The notes beneath the pieces were generated by a model. It ran no database searches and was not told where the DNA came from. It saw nothing but the letters and a program-made list of their open reading frames with translations. The position numbers and the translations under genes were made by a program. A DNA stretch of 64,000 nt. Source: Chloroflexota bacterium. GTDB lineage: Bacteria; Chloroflexota; Dehalococcoidia; UBA2247; RBG-13-53-26. Of this stretch, positions 1 through 9,340 are shown one piece after another. Numbering within the stretch: position 1 is the first letter of the stretch; each line of letters opens with the position of its first letter. The stretch lies in assembly GCA_016875915.1 (NCBI GenBank), contig VGOM01000010.1, positions 959 to 64,958 on the forward strand, written 5' to 3'.

Positions 1-1740
1 TAACGAGGGTTCTCTCGTCCACCTTAGGGTATTTGCCCTAGCCCACCAGTGTCGGTTTGCAGTACGGGCGCCTTCCTCAAACCCCTGGGGTTTTCTTGAC
101 AGTATGGGATCAGTTGAGTCGCTTCGGGTCTCCCCTCCACTCCCGCTCCAACTAGGTTGGAGCGACGCACCATGTCCAGTGGGCACGCTCAACTTACCTG
201 ACTGTGTCCCCCAAAGGCTTAACGAGGGTGGCGGTGCCGGAGTATTAACCGGCTGTCCATCGCCTACGCCTTTCGGCCTCGGCTTAGGCCCGACTAACCC
301 TACGCCGATTAACGTTGCATAGGAAACCTCAGGCTTTCGGTGGATGTGTTTTTCACACACCTTAACGCTACTTATACCGGCATTCTCACTTCCCTCTGCT
401 CCACCCTGACTTACATCAGGACTTCGCTGCAAAGGGAACGCTCCCCTACCATCCCAGAAGGTATCTCCTAGAATCCATAGCTTCGGTAGTGGGCTTGAGC
501 CCCGTTGAATTGTCGGCGCGGAATCACTCGACCAGTGAGCTATTACGCTATCCTTAGATGGTGGCTGCTTCTAAGCCAACATCCTGGCTGTCTGGGTAAC
601 TCCACTTCCTTTCCCACTTAGCCCACATTTAGGGACCTTAGCTGATGGTCTGGGCTGTTCCCCTCTCGACTATGAAGCTTATCCCCCACAGTCTCACTCC
701 CGGGGTCTATAGCAGTGGCATTCGTGGTTTGGTTGGGTTTGGAAAGATTTTCTCCCCCTAGCCCATCCAGTGCCCTACCTCCACAGCTCAACTCCCGAGG
801 CTGTACCTAAATACATTTCGGGGAGAACGAGCTATCTCCGAGTTCGTTTGGCATTTCACCTCTACCCACAGTTCATCTCACAGTTTTGCCACACTGAAGA
901 GTTCAGGCCTCCACGAGATTTTACTCCCGCTTCACCTTGACCATGGGTAGCTCACCCGGATTCGCGTCTGATCCACGCTACCTGTGAACCGAAGTTCACA
1001 ACGCCCTGTTCAGGCTCGCTTTCACTATGGCTCCGCAACGTCAGTTGCTTAACCTGGCAACGTAGCTCAACTCGCCGGTTCATTCTTCAATAGGCACGCC
1101 ATCATCCGCCTTGCGGCAGACTCTGACCGCTTGTAGGCACACGGTTTCAGGTACTATTTCACTCCCCTCCCGGGGTGCTTTTCACCTTTCCCTCACGGTA
1201 CTTGTCCACTATCGGTTGTGAAGGGTGTTTAGCCTTGGAGGGTGGTCCCCCCTGCTTCCCGCAGGATTTCCCGTGTCCCGCGGTACTCAAGGTCAATGAT
1301 CAGAGCCTCTCCCCTTTCGCCTACAGGACTGTCACCTCCTATGGTGGTCCTTTCCAGGAACCTTCAGCTAGGGCAGGGGTTTCTTACTCTGTGCCTGTCT
1401 TGGACCAGGCTATCATGCCTTACAACCCCCTGAAGGCATAAGCTCCAAAACCAATCTTCCTTCAGGGTTTGGGCTAGTCCCCGTTCGTTCGCCACTACTA
1501 GGGGAATCTCGGTTGATTTCTCTTCCTCGGGGTACTAAGATGTTTCAGTTCCCCCGGTTGCCTCACACTGGCCTATGTGTTCAGCCAGCTGTGTCCAGGG
1601 TTTGCCTGGACGGGTTGCCCCATTCGGGTATCCGCGGTTAAGCTTGCTGGACAGCTCACCGCGGCTTATCGCAGTCTTGCCACGCCCTTCATCGGCCCTT
1701 CACACCAAGGCATCCGCCATGTGCCCTTAATAGCTTGATC
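1..1740 (-). rRNA. rrl: 23S rRNA, 5' portion (continues beyond window start)
   Basis: Reverse complement begins GATCAAGCTATTAAGGGCACATGGCGGATGCCTTGG, a typical 23S 5' end. Many conserved 23S blocks are present on the + strand, e.g. GCTTTTCACCTTTCCCTCACGGTAC, GGCTGCTTCTAAGCCAACATCC and GATGTTTCAGTTC. Confidence 0.98.
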
Positions 1741-1824
1741 TGCTCTTTCCAGAGCAATAGCAGCACCTATTCTGTTGTTAAAGTACGGGAGGGCTGAAGA
1801 ACTGATAAACAAGCCCGAACTTTT

Positions 1825-1854
1825 ATTCTAGGACAAAGCGGCCGGGCTTGTCAA
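1825..1854 (-). promoter_or_regulatory. sigma70-type promoter (proximal) of the 23S gene
   Basis: Minus strand reads TTGACA-N18-TAGAAT, about 85 nt upstream of the 23S 5' end. Confidence 0.75.
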
Positions 1855-1935
1855 CGGAATTCTCAGTAGCTATCTCGAAAACGCTTCGCTAGTCAGCACC
1901 CTACTTGTCAAGCGGTCCTTCTTCTCGTGTGGCGA

Positions 1936-1965
1936 ATGATACTACCACAGGGGCCTTCAAGTCAA
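1936..1965 (-). promoter_or_regulatory. sigma70-type promoter (distal) of the 23S gene
   Basis: Minus strand reads TTGACT-N18-TATCAT, giving a tandem P1/P2-like arrangement. Confidence 0.55.
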
Positions 1966-1997
1966 GACAGTGTTGGGCTGCGCCCTCAGGCCTGACT

Positions 1998-2240
1998 CTA
2001 CGAGGCCTTGTTCATCTTCCGCATCAGGCGGGACTTCCTCCTCGCGGCCTGGTTGGGATGAATGATCCCCTTCTTGGCAGCCTTGTCCAGAGCACTGACC
2101 GTCTTGACCACCTGCTTCTGAGCTGCCTCGGTCTGTTTCGCTGCTATCAACTGCTCCGCCTTGGCCAGTGATGACTTCACGAAGGTGCGACCGGAGCGGT
2201 TGCGCTTGCGCTTTCTATCAACATTGTCCAGTTTTGCCAA
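1998..2240 (-). CDS. rpsT: 30S ribosomal protein S20
   Basis: Basic 80-aa protein with LDKAAKKGIIHPNQAARRKSRL motif. TTG start follows AGAAGGAGG RBS. Confidence 0.95.
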   Translation of the reverse strand: MAKLDNVDRKRKRNRSGRTFVKSSLAKAEQLIAAKQTEAAQKQVVKTVSALDKAAKKGIIHPNQAARRKSRLMRKMNKAS

Positions 2241-2319
2241 CTGACCCTAACCTCCTTCTGTGGCCGTGGGGTTTCCTGCCACAAATGTACCATGAACGGG
2301 CCAAAATGGCCAGTTTCAG

Positions 2320-4461
2320 CTAGTTTCCTTCGAAGCCCCGCGTGACGCTGGTCACGCCCCCGACCCGCTCGAGCTTGGAGAGCAGCCGCGACAGCTGGCT
2401 GAGCCCCTTGGTTTCAAGCGTGAGGAAGATCGAGATGGAGTGGTCATCGTGCAGATCAGACTTGATGGAAGAGATGTTCACTCCCTCCCCGGACACCACG
2501 GCGGTGATGTCACGGAGCAACCCCAGCCTGTCCCAGGCGTCGATACGGGCCACGATGGGGTAGAGTTGGTCCACCTGCCCCCATTGCACGGGCACCAGTC
2601 GCTCCCTCTCCCTCTCATGGACGATGTTGGGGCAATTGGAGCGGTGGATGGTCACGCCGGCGCTGCGGGTGATGTAGCCGGTGATCTCATCGCCGGGCAC
2701 CGGCTTGCAGCACTTCCCAAGGCGGGTGAGCAGTTCACCCGTGCCGAGCACCTTGATGCCCAGAGGTGCTGAGACCGTGGGCGGAATGGGCTCGGCCACC
2801 TTGGGCTGCTCTTCCTGCACCGCGTGTTTGAAGGCGATCTGACTGGCACTGACCTCGCCGTAGCCGATGGCAGCGTAGAAGTCCTCGACGGACTCGTATT
2901 TGAACGAATTGGCCAGGTCTTCCCGATTGCCCAGGCTGATGCCCAGTCTGCGCATCTCCTTCTCCAGGATTTCTCTGCCCTTCTCGATGTTGTCCGAGCG
3001 GGACTGCCGTTTGAACCACTGGCGGATCCTGTCCCGGGCGCGGGTGGTGTTGACATACCCCAGGTTGGGATTGAGCCAGTCCCTGCTTGGCCCCTTGTCT
3101 TCCTTGCTGGTGACGATCTCCACCGTGTCGCCGTTGCGGAGGTAGTAGGTCAGGGCCATGAGCTTGCCATTGACCTTGGCTCCGATGCAGCGGTGTCCCA
3201 GGCTGGTGTGGATCATGTAGGCGAAATCCACGGGTGTGGAACCGGCGGGCAGGTTCTTGATCTCGCCTTTCGGCGTGTACACGAATACCTGGTCCTGGAA
3301 CACGTCCGCCTTGACAGATTCCAGGAACTGAGCCGTGCCGCTGATCTCCTTGTGCCATTCGAGGAGCTGGCGCAGCCTGGCGATCCTCTGCTCGAACTGA
3401 TCCTGCTTCAGTCCTTCCTTGTACACCCAGTGAGAGGCGACGCCGTATTCGGCGTTCTCATGCATCTCCAGCGTGCGGATCTGGATCTCCAGCGGGGCAT
3501 TGAAGCACATGACGCTGGTGTGCAGTGACTGGTAGCCGTTCTCCTTCGGGGTGGCGATGTAGTCATTGAATTCGCCGCCTATGGGATGCCACAGACTGTG
3601 CACGATGCCCAGGGCGTGGTAGCATTCCTCCAGCTTGGCCACAAGCACCCTGATCGCCCGGATGTCGTGGATGTCGTCCAGGTCCCTGCCCTGCAGGGCG
3701 TATCTGTCCAGCTTCCGGTACAGGCTGTATATGCTCTTCGACCTGCCGGAGACCCTGGCCTTCAACCCCGCCTTCTGGAACTCCTGCTCCAGGATGGCGA
3801 CGGCCTGACTGATGCGCTTTTCCTCTTCCGCCTGGCGCACGGCCAACAGGTGCTTCATTCGCTTGTATTTCAGGGGCTCCAGGTTGAAGAAGGCCAGGTC
3901 CTCGAGCTCCGACTGCAGCTTGCCGATCCCCAGCCGATGAGCCAAAGGGGCGTAGACCTCTAGGGTTTCGTTGGCGATTGCCCGCCGCCTGGCCAGCGGC
4001 AGTGCTTCCAGTGTCCGCATGTTGTGCAGGCGGTCGGCCAGCTTGATGAAGACCACCCTCAGGTCCTCGGCCATGGCCACGAGCATCTTCCTCATGCTCT
4101 CAGCCTGCAGGTCTTCCTTGGTCTGCCTGCTGCTCATCTGCCCGGAGATGTAGCTCAGCTTGGTCACGCCGTCCACCAGACTGGCGATCTCCGGTCCGAA
4201 CTTGGCCCCCACCTCCTCCAGAGGCACGCCGGAATCCTCCGGAACGTCGTGGAGCAGGGCTGCGGCGATGGAACTGGCGTCGAACTTCAGATCGGTGAGA
4301 ATGAAGGCCGTCTCCAGAGGATGCTGCAGGTAGGGCTCGCCGGAGCGCCGCAACTGGCCGTCGTGGGCCTTGAGCGCGAACTGGTAGGCCTCTTCAACGA
4401 CGGCCAGCTTGTCTTCAGACAAGTACGTTTTGGCCCTGTCCAGCAACTGGGAGATCTCCAT
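2320..4461 (-). CDS. rel: bifunctional (p)ppGpp synthetase/hydrolase (long RSH)
   Basis: RRSGEPY..HP, ALLHDVPED (intact HD), IKLADRLHNMRTL, PKENGYQSLHT, TGS domain (VDFAY..H), CCKPVPGD and C-terminal ACT. Start chosen at ATG 4461 (ORF open to 4488). Confidence 0.96.
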   Translation of the reverse strand: MEISQLLDRAKTYLSEDKLAVVEEAYQFALKAHDGQLRRSGEPYLQHPLETAFILTDLKFDASSIAAALLHDVPEDSGVPLEEVGAKFGPEIASLVDGVTKLSYISGQMSSRQTKEDLQAESMRKMLVAMAEDLRVVFIKLADRLHNMRTLEALPLARRRAIANETLEVYAPLAHRLGIGKLQSELEDLAFFNLEPLKYKRMKHLLAVRQAEEEKRISQAVAILEQEFQKAGLKARVSGRSKSIYSLYRKLDRYALQGRDLDDIHDIRAIRVLVAKLEECYHALGIVHSLWHPIGGEFNDYIATPKENGYQSLHTSVMCFNAPLEIQIRTLEMHENAEYGVASHWVYKEGLKQDQFEQRIARLRQLLEWHKEISGTAQFLESVKADVFQDQVFVYTPKGEIKNLPAGSTPVDFAYMIHTSLGHRCIGAKVNGKLMALTYYLRNGDTVEIVTSKEDKGPSRDWLNPNLGYVNTTRARDRIRQWFKRQSRSDNIEKGREILEKEMRRLGISLGNREDLANSFKYESVEDFYAAIGYGEVSASQIAFKHAVQEEQPKVAEPIPPTVSAPLGIKVLGTGELLTRLGKCCKPVPGDEITGYITRSAGVTIHRSNCPNIVHERERERLVPVQWGQVDQLYPIVARIDAWDRLGLLRDITAVVSGEGVNISSIKSDLHDDHSISIFLTLETKGLSQLSRLLSKLERVGGVTSVTRGFEGN

Positions 4462-4570
4462 GGCGTGCTCCGAGTATATTCGTGGCACTTCATTACGTCA
4501 AGTACGCGTAGGATATATCTGATCTGGGATGAGCTTGACCCGGCAGATGGCTCGACGATATGATAGGGCA

Positions 4571-5218
4571 GTGCAGAGACTGCGCCTCAGATTCTCCCGC
4601 GGGCAGGAACTGAAGTACATATCCCACCTCGACCTGATGCGACTCTGGGAGAGGGTGCTGCGCAGAGCGGAGATCCCTCTGATCTATACGGAAGGCTACA
4701 GCCCCCACCCGCGGATATCCCTGGCTGCCCCTCTCTCCATAGGCATGACCAGCGAAGCCGAGCTGATGGACTTGACTGTGGACAGATCCGCCTCGGCGCA
4801 CTCCCTGATGCGGGGGGTCAGGCCGCAGCTCCCACGGGGAGTGGACCTTTTCGAGGTGTGGCATGTACCGCTGACGGCCCCATCGCTTCAGTCACAACTG
4901 CGCTACGCGGAGTATCGCGTTGAAGTGGCGGCGGAGCGGAGTGGTGAGGAAATGCGGGTCGCTGTTGACTGCCTGATGCGTGCCCGGGAGCTGCCGTGGC
5001 AGCACATGCGTGATACCGGGCCGCGCCTCTATGATCTGCGGCCATTGATTGACCGGATCTGGCTGGAAGGGGGCGACGATGTCGCCTTTGTTCTCGGCAT
5101 GAGGCTGCGCTGCGGGCCGCAGGGCACCGGCAGGCCGGAACAGGTGGCAGCCGCACTGGGGTTGAAGGAACACCCCCTGTCCATCCACCGCTCCAGACTG
5201 GTACTGGCGGAGGGCTGA
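4571..5218 (+). CDS. radical SAM-linked protein (TIGR03936/DUF2344-like)
   Basis: LKYISHLDLMRLWER..LRRA.IP..Y.EGY.PHPR..A.PL..G..SEAE signature. GTG start is inferred. Confidence 0.85.
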   Translation: MQRLRLRFSRGQELKYISHLDLMRLWERVLRRAEIPLIYTEGYSPHPRISLAAPLSIGMTSEAELMDLTVDRSASAHSLMRGVRPQLPRGVDLFEVWHVPLTAPSLQSQLRYAEYRVEVAAERSGEEMRVAVDCLMRARELPWQHMRDTGPRLYDLRPLIDRIWLEGGDDVAFVLGMRLRCGPQGTGRPEQVAAALGLKEHPLSIHRSRLVLAEG

Positions 5219-5222
5219 GAGA

Positions 5223-5828
5223 GTGAGACTGATATTGATCCGGCACGGCGAGACCGCGTGGAACAAGCAGCGGAGAATCCAGGGATCGCGGAGCAACACC
5301 CAACTCAGCGAGACGGGCTATGACCAGGCCGACAGGATTGCCGCTTCGTTGAAGCGGGAGAGGACAGATGCCATCTACTCCAGTCCGCTGAAGCGGGCGA
5401 TGAACACGGCGCAAGCGGTTGCCACAGCCTGCGGACTCCAGGTTCGGACCATGCCGGAGCTTCAGGAGATCGACGCCGGCGATCTGGATGGGCTTTCGGA
5501 GAAGGAGATGGGCCCGGGTCACTTGGCTTTCTGGAGCGAGTGGAGGAAGGGCGATCCGGCTCTGCACCTGCCGGGAGGGGAATCTCTGGAGGAACTGCAG
5601 AAGAGGGTCTGGTGGGCCGTTGAGCGCATCCTGGAGAGGCACACGGAGGAAACGGTGGTCGTTGTCGGGCATCTGTTCACCAACCTGGTCGTCATCTGCC
5701 GGGCGCTGGGACTTGGCCTGCACAACATCCGGCGTCTCAGGCTGGCCCCGGCGTCGATCAGCATTGTGGAGTTCACCACACAGGGGAACACTCTGCTGCT
5801 GTTCAATGACACCTGTCATCTGGAGTGA
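5223..5828 (+). CDS. histidine phosphatase family protein (CobC/PspA-like)
   Basis: RHGET.WN, SSPL.RA, GGES and VVVGH motifs. Confidence 0.9.
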   Translation: MRLILIRHGETAWNKQRRIQGSRSNTQLSETGYDQADRIAASLKRERTDAIYSSPLKRAMNTAQAVATACGLQVRTMPELQEIDAGDLDGLSEKEMGPGHLAFWSEWRKGDPALHLPGGESLEELQKRVWWAVERILERHTEETVVVVGHLFTNLVVICRALGLGLHNIRRLRLAPASISIVEFTTQGNTLLLFNDTCHLE

Positions 5829-5840
5829 TGAACCGGCCAT

Positions 5841-5869
5841 TTGACTGCACGTCGAGCCACGTCTACAAT
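5841..5869 (+). promoter_or_regulatory. sigma70 promoter of the DUF47-phoU unit
   Basis: TTGACT-N17-TACAAT. The spacer holds two CACGTC copies 10 bp apart. Confidence 0.65.
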
Positions 5870-5927
5870 GACTGCGGCATCGAACATGAAGTCTGATTGC
5901 CCAACTGCATGTGGGGGGTGACTGGAG

Positions 5928-6557
5928 TTGGCTAGGTTCTCGCTTATCCCCAAGGAAAAGAAGTTCGCTGCTCTGTTTGAGCAGAGCGCCCACAATGCGG
6001 TCAGGATCGCCCAGCAGTTCAAGGATATGGTCCACACCTGGGAGAACCTCGAGGGGAGGTTGGGCATCATCTCCGATCTGGAGCATCAGGGGGATGCCAT
6101 CACGCACCAGATCATGGCCCAGTTGCACCGCAGCTTCATCACGCCGTTCGACCGGGAGGACATCGCCCTGCTGGCCCATTCCTTGGACGATGTAACCGAC
6201 TTCATCCAGTCATCGGCTGACATCATGATTCTCTACAAGGCGGGACGGCCCACCGAAAAGGCGAAGGAGTTGGCCGATGTAGTAGTCCAGGTGGTGGCAG
6301 AGGTGGAGAAGGCAGTGCTGGAGATACATGACCATATTGACCGGGAGCGATTGCTCAGGCGGTGTGTGGAGATCAACCGGCTGGAGAACGTCGGGGATGA
6401 TATCTTTCGGGCGGCGATCGCTGAGCTGTTTGCCGACTCGACGGACATCGCCTATCTCATCAAATGGCGGGAGATCTATGAGCACATGGAGACCGCCATC
6501 GACCGCTGTGAGGACGTGGCCAACACGCTGGAGGGCGTGGCCCTCAAGTATGCCTGA
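5928..6557 (+). CDS. DUF47 phosphate transport regulator (PitR/YkaA-like)
   Basis: LEHQGD.ITH...FITPFDREDI..LA..LDDV and KWREIYE..E...D.CEDVA motifs. Confidence 0.92.
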   Translation: MARFSLIPKEKKFAALFEQSAHNAVRIAQQFKDMVHTWENLEGRLGIISDLEHQGDAITHQIMAQLHRSFITPFDREDIALLAHSLDDVTDFIQSSADIMILYKAGRPTEKAKELADVVVQVVAEVEKAVLEIHDHIDRERLLRRCVEINRLENVGDDIFRAAIAELFADSTDIAYLIKWREIYEHMETAIDRCEDVANTLEGVALKYA

Positions 6558-6592
6558 GGCAGGGTGGCCACAGATGAGGGCATAGAGAGGAG

Positions 6593-7258
6593 ATGACATT
6601 GGGAACCGGAGCGGACTTCCAAGAGGGTCTGAAGGAGATTCAGGACGATCTCCTGGCCATGGGGGACATGGCGGAGAAGGCGGTAAGCCGCGCCGTCGAA
6701 GCCCTGAAGAAGAGGGATTTGAGTCTGGCCCACCAGGTTGTGGCTGATGATGCCAAGATCAACCGGCAGCGGTTCACTATTGAAGACAAGTGCATGAGGC
6801 TGATCGCCGGCCATGTGACGGAGGCGGACGACCTGCGCCCTGTGGTGGCTATCCTCAACATGATCTCAGATCTGGAGAGGGTGGGCGACTACGCCGAGGG
6901 GATCGCCAAGATCGCCATAGTGATCGGTGATGAGCCGCCACTGAAGCCCCTTATTGACATCCCCAGAATGGCCCAACTGTCCGTCGAGATGATAGAAGGA
7001 GGCCTGAAGTCGTTCGTCACCCGCGATGTGGAGCTGGCCAGGAAGGTGGTGACATCGGACAGCGTGGTGGACGGCCTCTACGATCAGGTGTTTCGTGAGC
7101 TGATCACCTTCATGATGGTTGACCCCAGGACAATAGATCGGGCCACACGTCTCATCTGGGCGGCGCACAATCTCGAGCGCGTCGCTGACCGGGCGACCAA
7201 CATCTGCGAGCGTGTCGTATTCACAGTGACCGGCAAGATGGAGGAGACAGCGGACTAG
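6593..7258 (+). CDS. phoU: phosphate signalling complex protein PhoU
   Basis: Two PhoU repeats with DLERVGDYA..IA and LERVADRATNICE motifs. Confidence 0.93.
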   Translation: MTLGTGADFQEGLKEIQDDLLAMGDMAEKAVSRAVEALKKRDLSLAHQVVADDAKINRQRFTIEDKCMRLIAGHVTEADDLRPVVAILNMISDLERVGDYAEGIAKIAIVIGDEPPLKPLIDIPRMAQLSVEMIEGGLKSFVTRDVELARKVVTSDSVVDGLYDQVFRELITFMMVDPRTIDRATRLIWAAHNLERVADRATNICERVVFTVTGKMEETAD

Positions 7259-7438
7259 AGGCGCAAGTGTTGTTGCAGCCTGCCCAGTGGGTGATACTGC
7301 TGTCCGCCCTCTTGCCGTGGGCCTCGGCGGTGCGCTTCTGTTGTCGGCCATATATACAGCCGCAATATGGAGCCGCATACGGAGCCCGGTCACAGCCCCG
7401 CAGAACCGTTTGGCTCCTGAAAGGAGTGATCCTCAGGC

Positions 7439-8446
7439 GTGTATGAGCCCTCGTGGCAGTTCATCATAGTCTGCGCTCTCGTGCTGGCGGCCGAGTTCGT
7501 CAACGGCATGAACGATGCCCCGAATGCCATTGCCACTGTCGTCTCAACAAGGGTGCTTCGTCCGTGGCATGCACTGGCCATGGCCTCGGTTCTGAACGTC
7601 CTGGGAGCCGTGCTGACAGGCACAGCCGTGGCTCTGACCATTGGCAAGGGAATAGTGATGCCGGAGGCGTTGGAGGGTGGGATAGGATTGCCGGTTGTGG
7701 GAGCCGCCGCGCTCGGCATTGCCGTCTGGGGCGCCCTGGCCACTCTGCGGGGCCTGCCCATCAGTATCTCACACGGCCTAGTGGCCGGCCTGGCCGGAGC
7801 CGGGGTGGCTATGGCGGGTACCCACGTGTTGCTCTGGTCCGGCTGGCAGAAGGTACTCATCGGGCTGGGGTTCTCCACCGTGGTGGGCTTCTCCCTGGCT
7901 CTGCTGTTCATGGTCGGCATCTACTGGGCTCTCCAGCGAATGTGGCCGCACGTGGTGCGGGCCCTCTTCGGTCGGCTCCAGATCCTGTCGGCAGCCTTCA
8001 TGGCCTTCAGTCACGGCAGCAACGATGGCCAGAAGTTCATGGGAATGTTGACTCTGGCTCTGGTCCTTGATGGCGCTCAGTCTAACTGGGATATCCCGTT
8101 GTGGGTGATACTGCTCTGCGGCGGAGTAATGGGTCTGGGCACCGCTGTCGGTGGCTGGCGGGTGATGCGGACCATGGGATTCGGGCTGACCAAGCTGGAG
8201 CCGGTTCAGGGTTTTGCCGCGGAGACAGCCGCGGCTTCAGCCATACAGATAGCCTCACATTTTGGCGTACCACTCAGCACCACTCATACCATCAACACGG
8301 CCATAATGGGGGTGGGAGCCAGCCGCCGGCTGTCGGCGGTGCGCTGGGGTGTGGGAGGGCACATCGTGGGCACGTGGATCGTCACCTTCCCCGCCTGTTT
8401 CGCGCTTGCGGCCGTCTTCGCCCTCATTCTGCACTGGTTGTTCTGA
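7439..8446 (+). CDS. pit: inorganic phosphate transporter (PiT family)
   Basis: NGMNDAPNAIATVVST, GLPIS..H, SHGSNDGQK and GVPLSTTH motifs; multiple TM segments. Confidence 0.93.
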   Translation: MYEPSWQFIIVCALVLAAEFVNGMNDAPNAIATVVSTRVLRPWHALAMASVLNVLGAVLTGTAVALTIGKGIVMPEALEGGIGLPVVGAAALGIAVWGALATLRGLPISISHGLVAGLAGAGVAMAGTHVLLWSGWQKVLIGLGFSTVVGFSLALLFMVGIYWALQRMWPHVVRALFGRLQILSAAFMAFSHGSNDGQKFMGMLTLALVLDGAQSNWDIPLWVILLCGGVMGLGTAVGGWRVMRTMGFGLTKLEPVQGFAAETAAASAIQIASHFGVPLSTTHTINTAIMGVGASRRLSAVRWGVGGHIVGTWIVTFPACFALAAVFALILHWLF

Positions 8447-8514
8447 TTGGGCCTTCACTGGCCCGGCCGAACAGGCGTGTCTCTGCATGGAGAGACCGAC
8501 TGAGTTCTCGCAGA

Positions 8515-9234
8515 CTACCCGGGCTCGGTGGCCCCCAGGCCCAGGTCATGGCCCATCTGCAGCAACTCGGTCAGGGTCACCGCGTTGCCCCAGAGCTGAT
8601 CGCCGAGTCTGCGGGCCAGTGCCGGGAGAGGTTCCGCCACAGGCAATCCCCCGAAGGCTTTGACGGCTTCATCCAGTCGCTCTTCCTTCGTGTAGTGGGG
8701 CCTGCCCAGGCTCTGAAGCCTGCCCTCAATGGAGAAGTGCCACAGGGCGTCCATCCAGTCACCAATGTGGACCATGGGGTGTGCTGAGGGGAATCTGCGT
8801 TCCCAGCGGTCCTTGGCATGCATGGCCTGATGCCAGAGCACCATCTCGTAGCCGAACTTGTATACGAAGGGGGTCTTGGTGAGGATGATCAGCACGGTGT
8901 CCCTGCCCCGGTTCACCGGCGCCCGTCCCTCGACAGAGCCCGACCCCGTATCGGGACTGCATTCGTGGAGTTGGAGAACCACTCTGGCCGGCGCCATGCC
9001 CAGGTCGTGTAGGATCTGCTTCGTCGTTTGCCCCAGGAGTGCGATGCCCTCGGCAGGGAAGAGGATGTCCAGATTCCTGCCGGTCCGCTTGAGCAGGTCG
9101 TAGCTGAAGTACAAGCCGTGCTCTCGTTCATTCACCGGCACGGTCATGGAGTCGATGGCCTCGCCCCGGCCCGTGATGTAGGGGACTTCGAAATCCAGCT
9201 TCAGTTCTTCGATGACCTGCAGTCTGTGGCTCAT
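8515..9234 (-). CDS. hypothetical protein (possible degenerate zincin-like HQxxH)
   Basis: 239-aa ORF from ATG 9234 fills the gap between pit and tilS. Contains WHQAMHAKD and LWHFSIEGRL. Confidence 0.65.
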   Translation of the reverse strand: MSHRLQVIEELKLDFEVPYITGRGEAIDSMTVPVNEREHGLYFSYDLLKRTGRNLDILFPAEGIALLGQTTKQILHDLGMAPARVVLQLHECSPDTGSGSVEGRAPVNRGRDTVLIILTKTPFVYKFGYEMVLWHQAMHAKDRWERRFPSAHPMVHIGDWMDALWHFSIEGRLQSLGRPHYTKEERLDEAVKAFGGLPVAEPLPALARRLGDQLWGNAVTLTELLQMGHDLGLGATEPG

Positions 9235-9340
9235 CTCTGAGGAGATGATTATAGTCCCATTCCCTGCTGTGTGCCCACTTTGACAGGTTCGGGCCCCGTT
9301 CATATACTGGGCTGGCGCCGTTCTTCGTGAGGAGGGCCCC

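Noticed and set aside
104-1441. ORFs at 104-322, 1175-1441 and 1242-1433
   Set aside because: They are antisense to the 23S rRNA and are classic spurious rRNA-derived ORFs.
7287-7469. 60-aa ORF or riboswitch ahead of pit
   Set aside because: The ORF has no RBS and overlaps the probable promoter and pit start; no riboswitch consensus was recognised.
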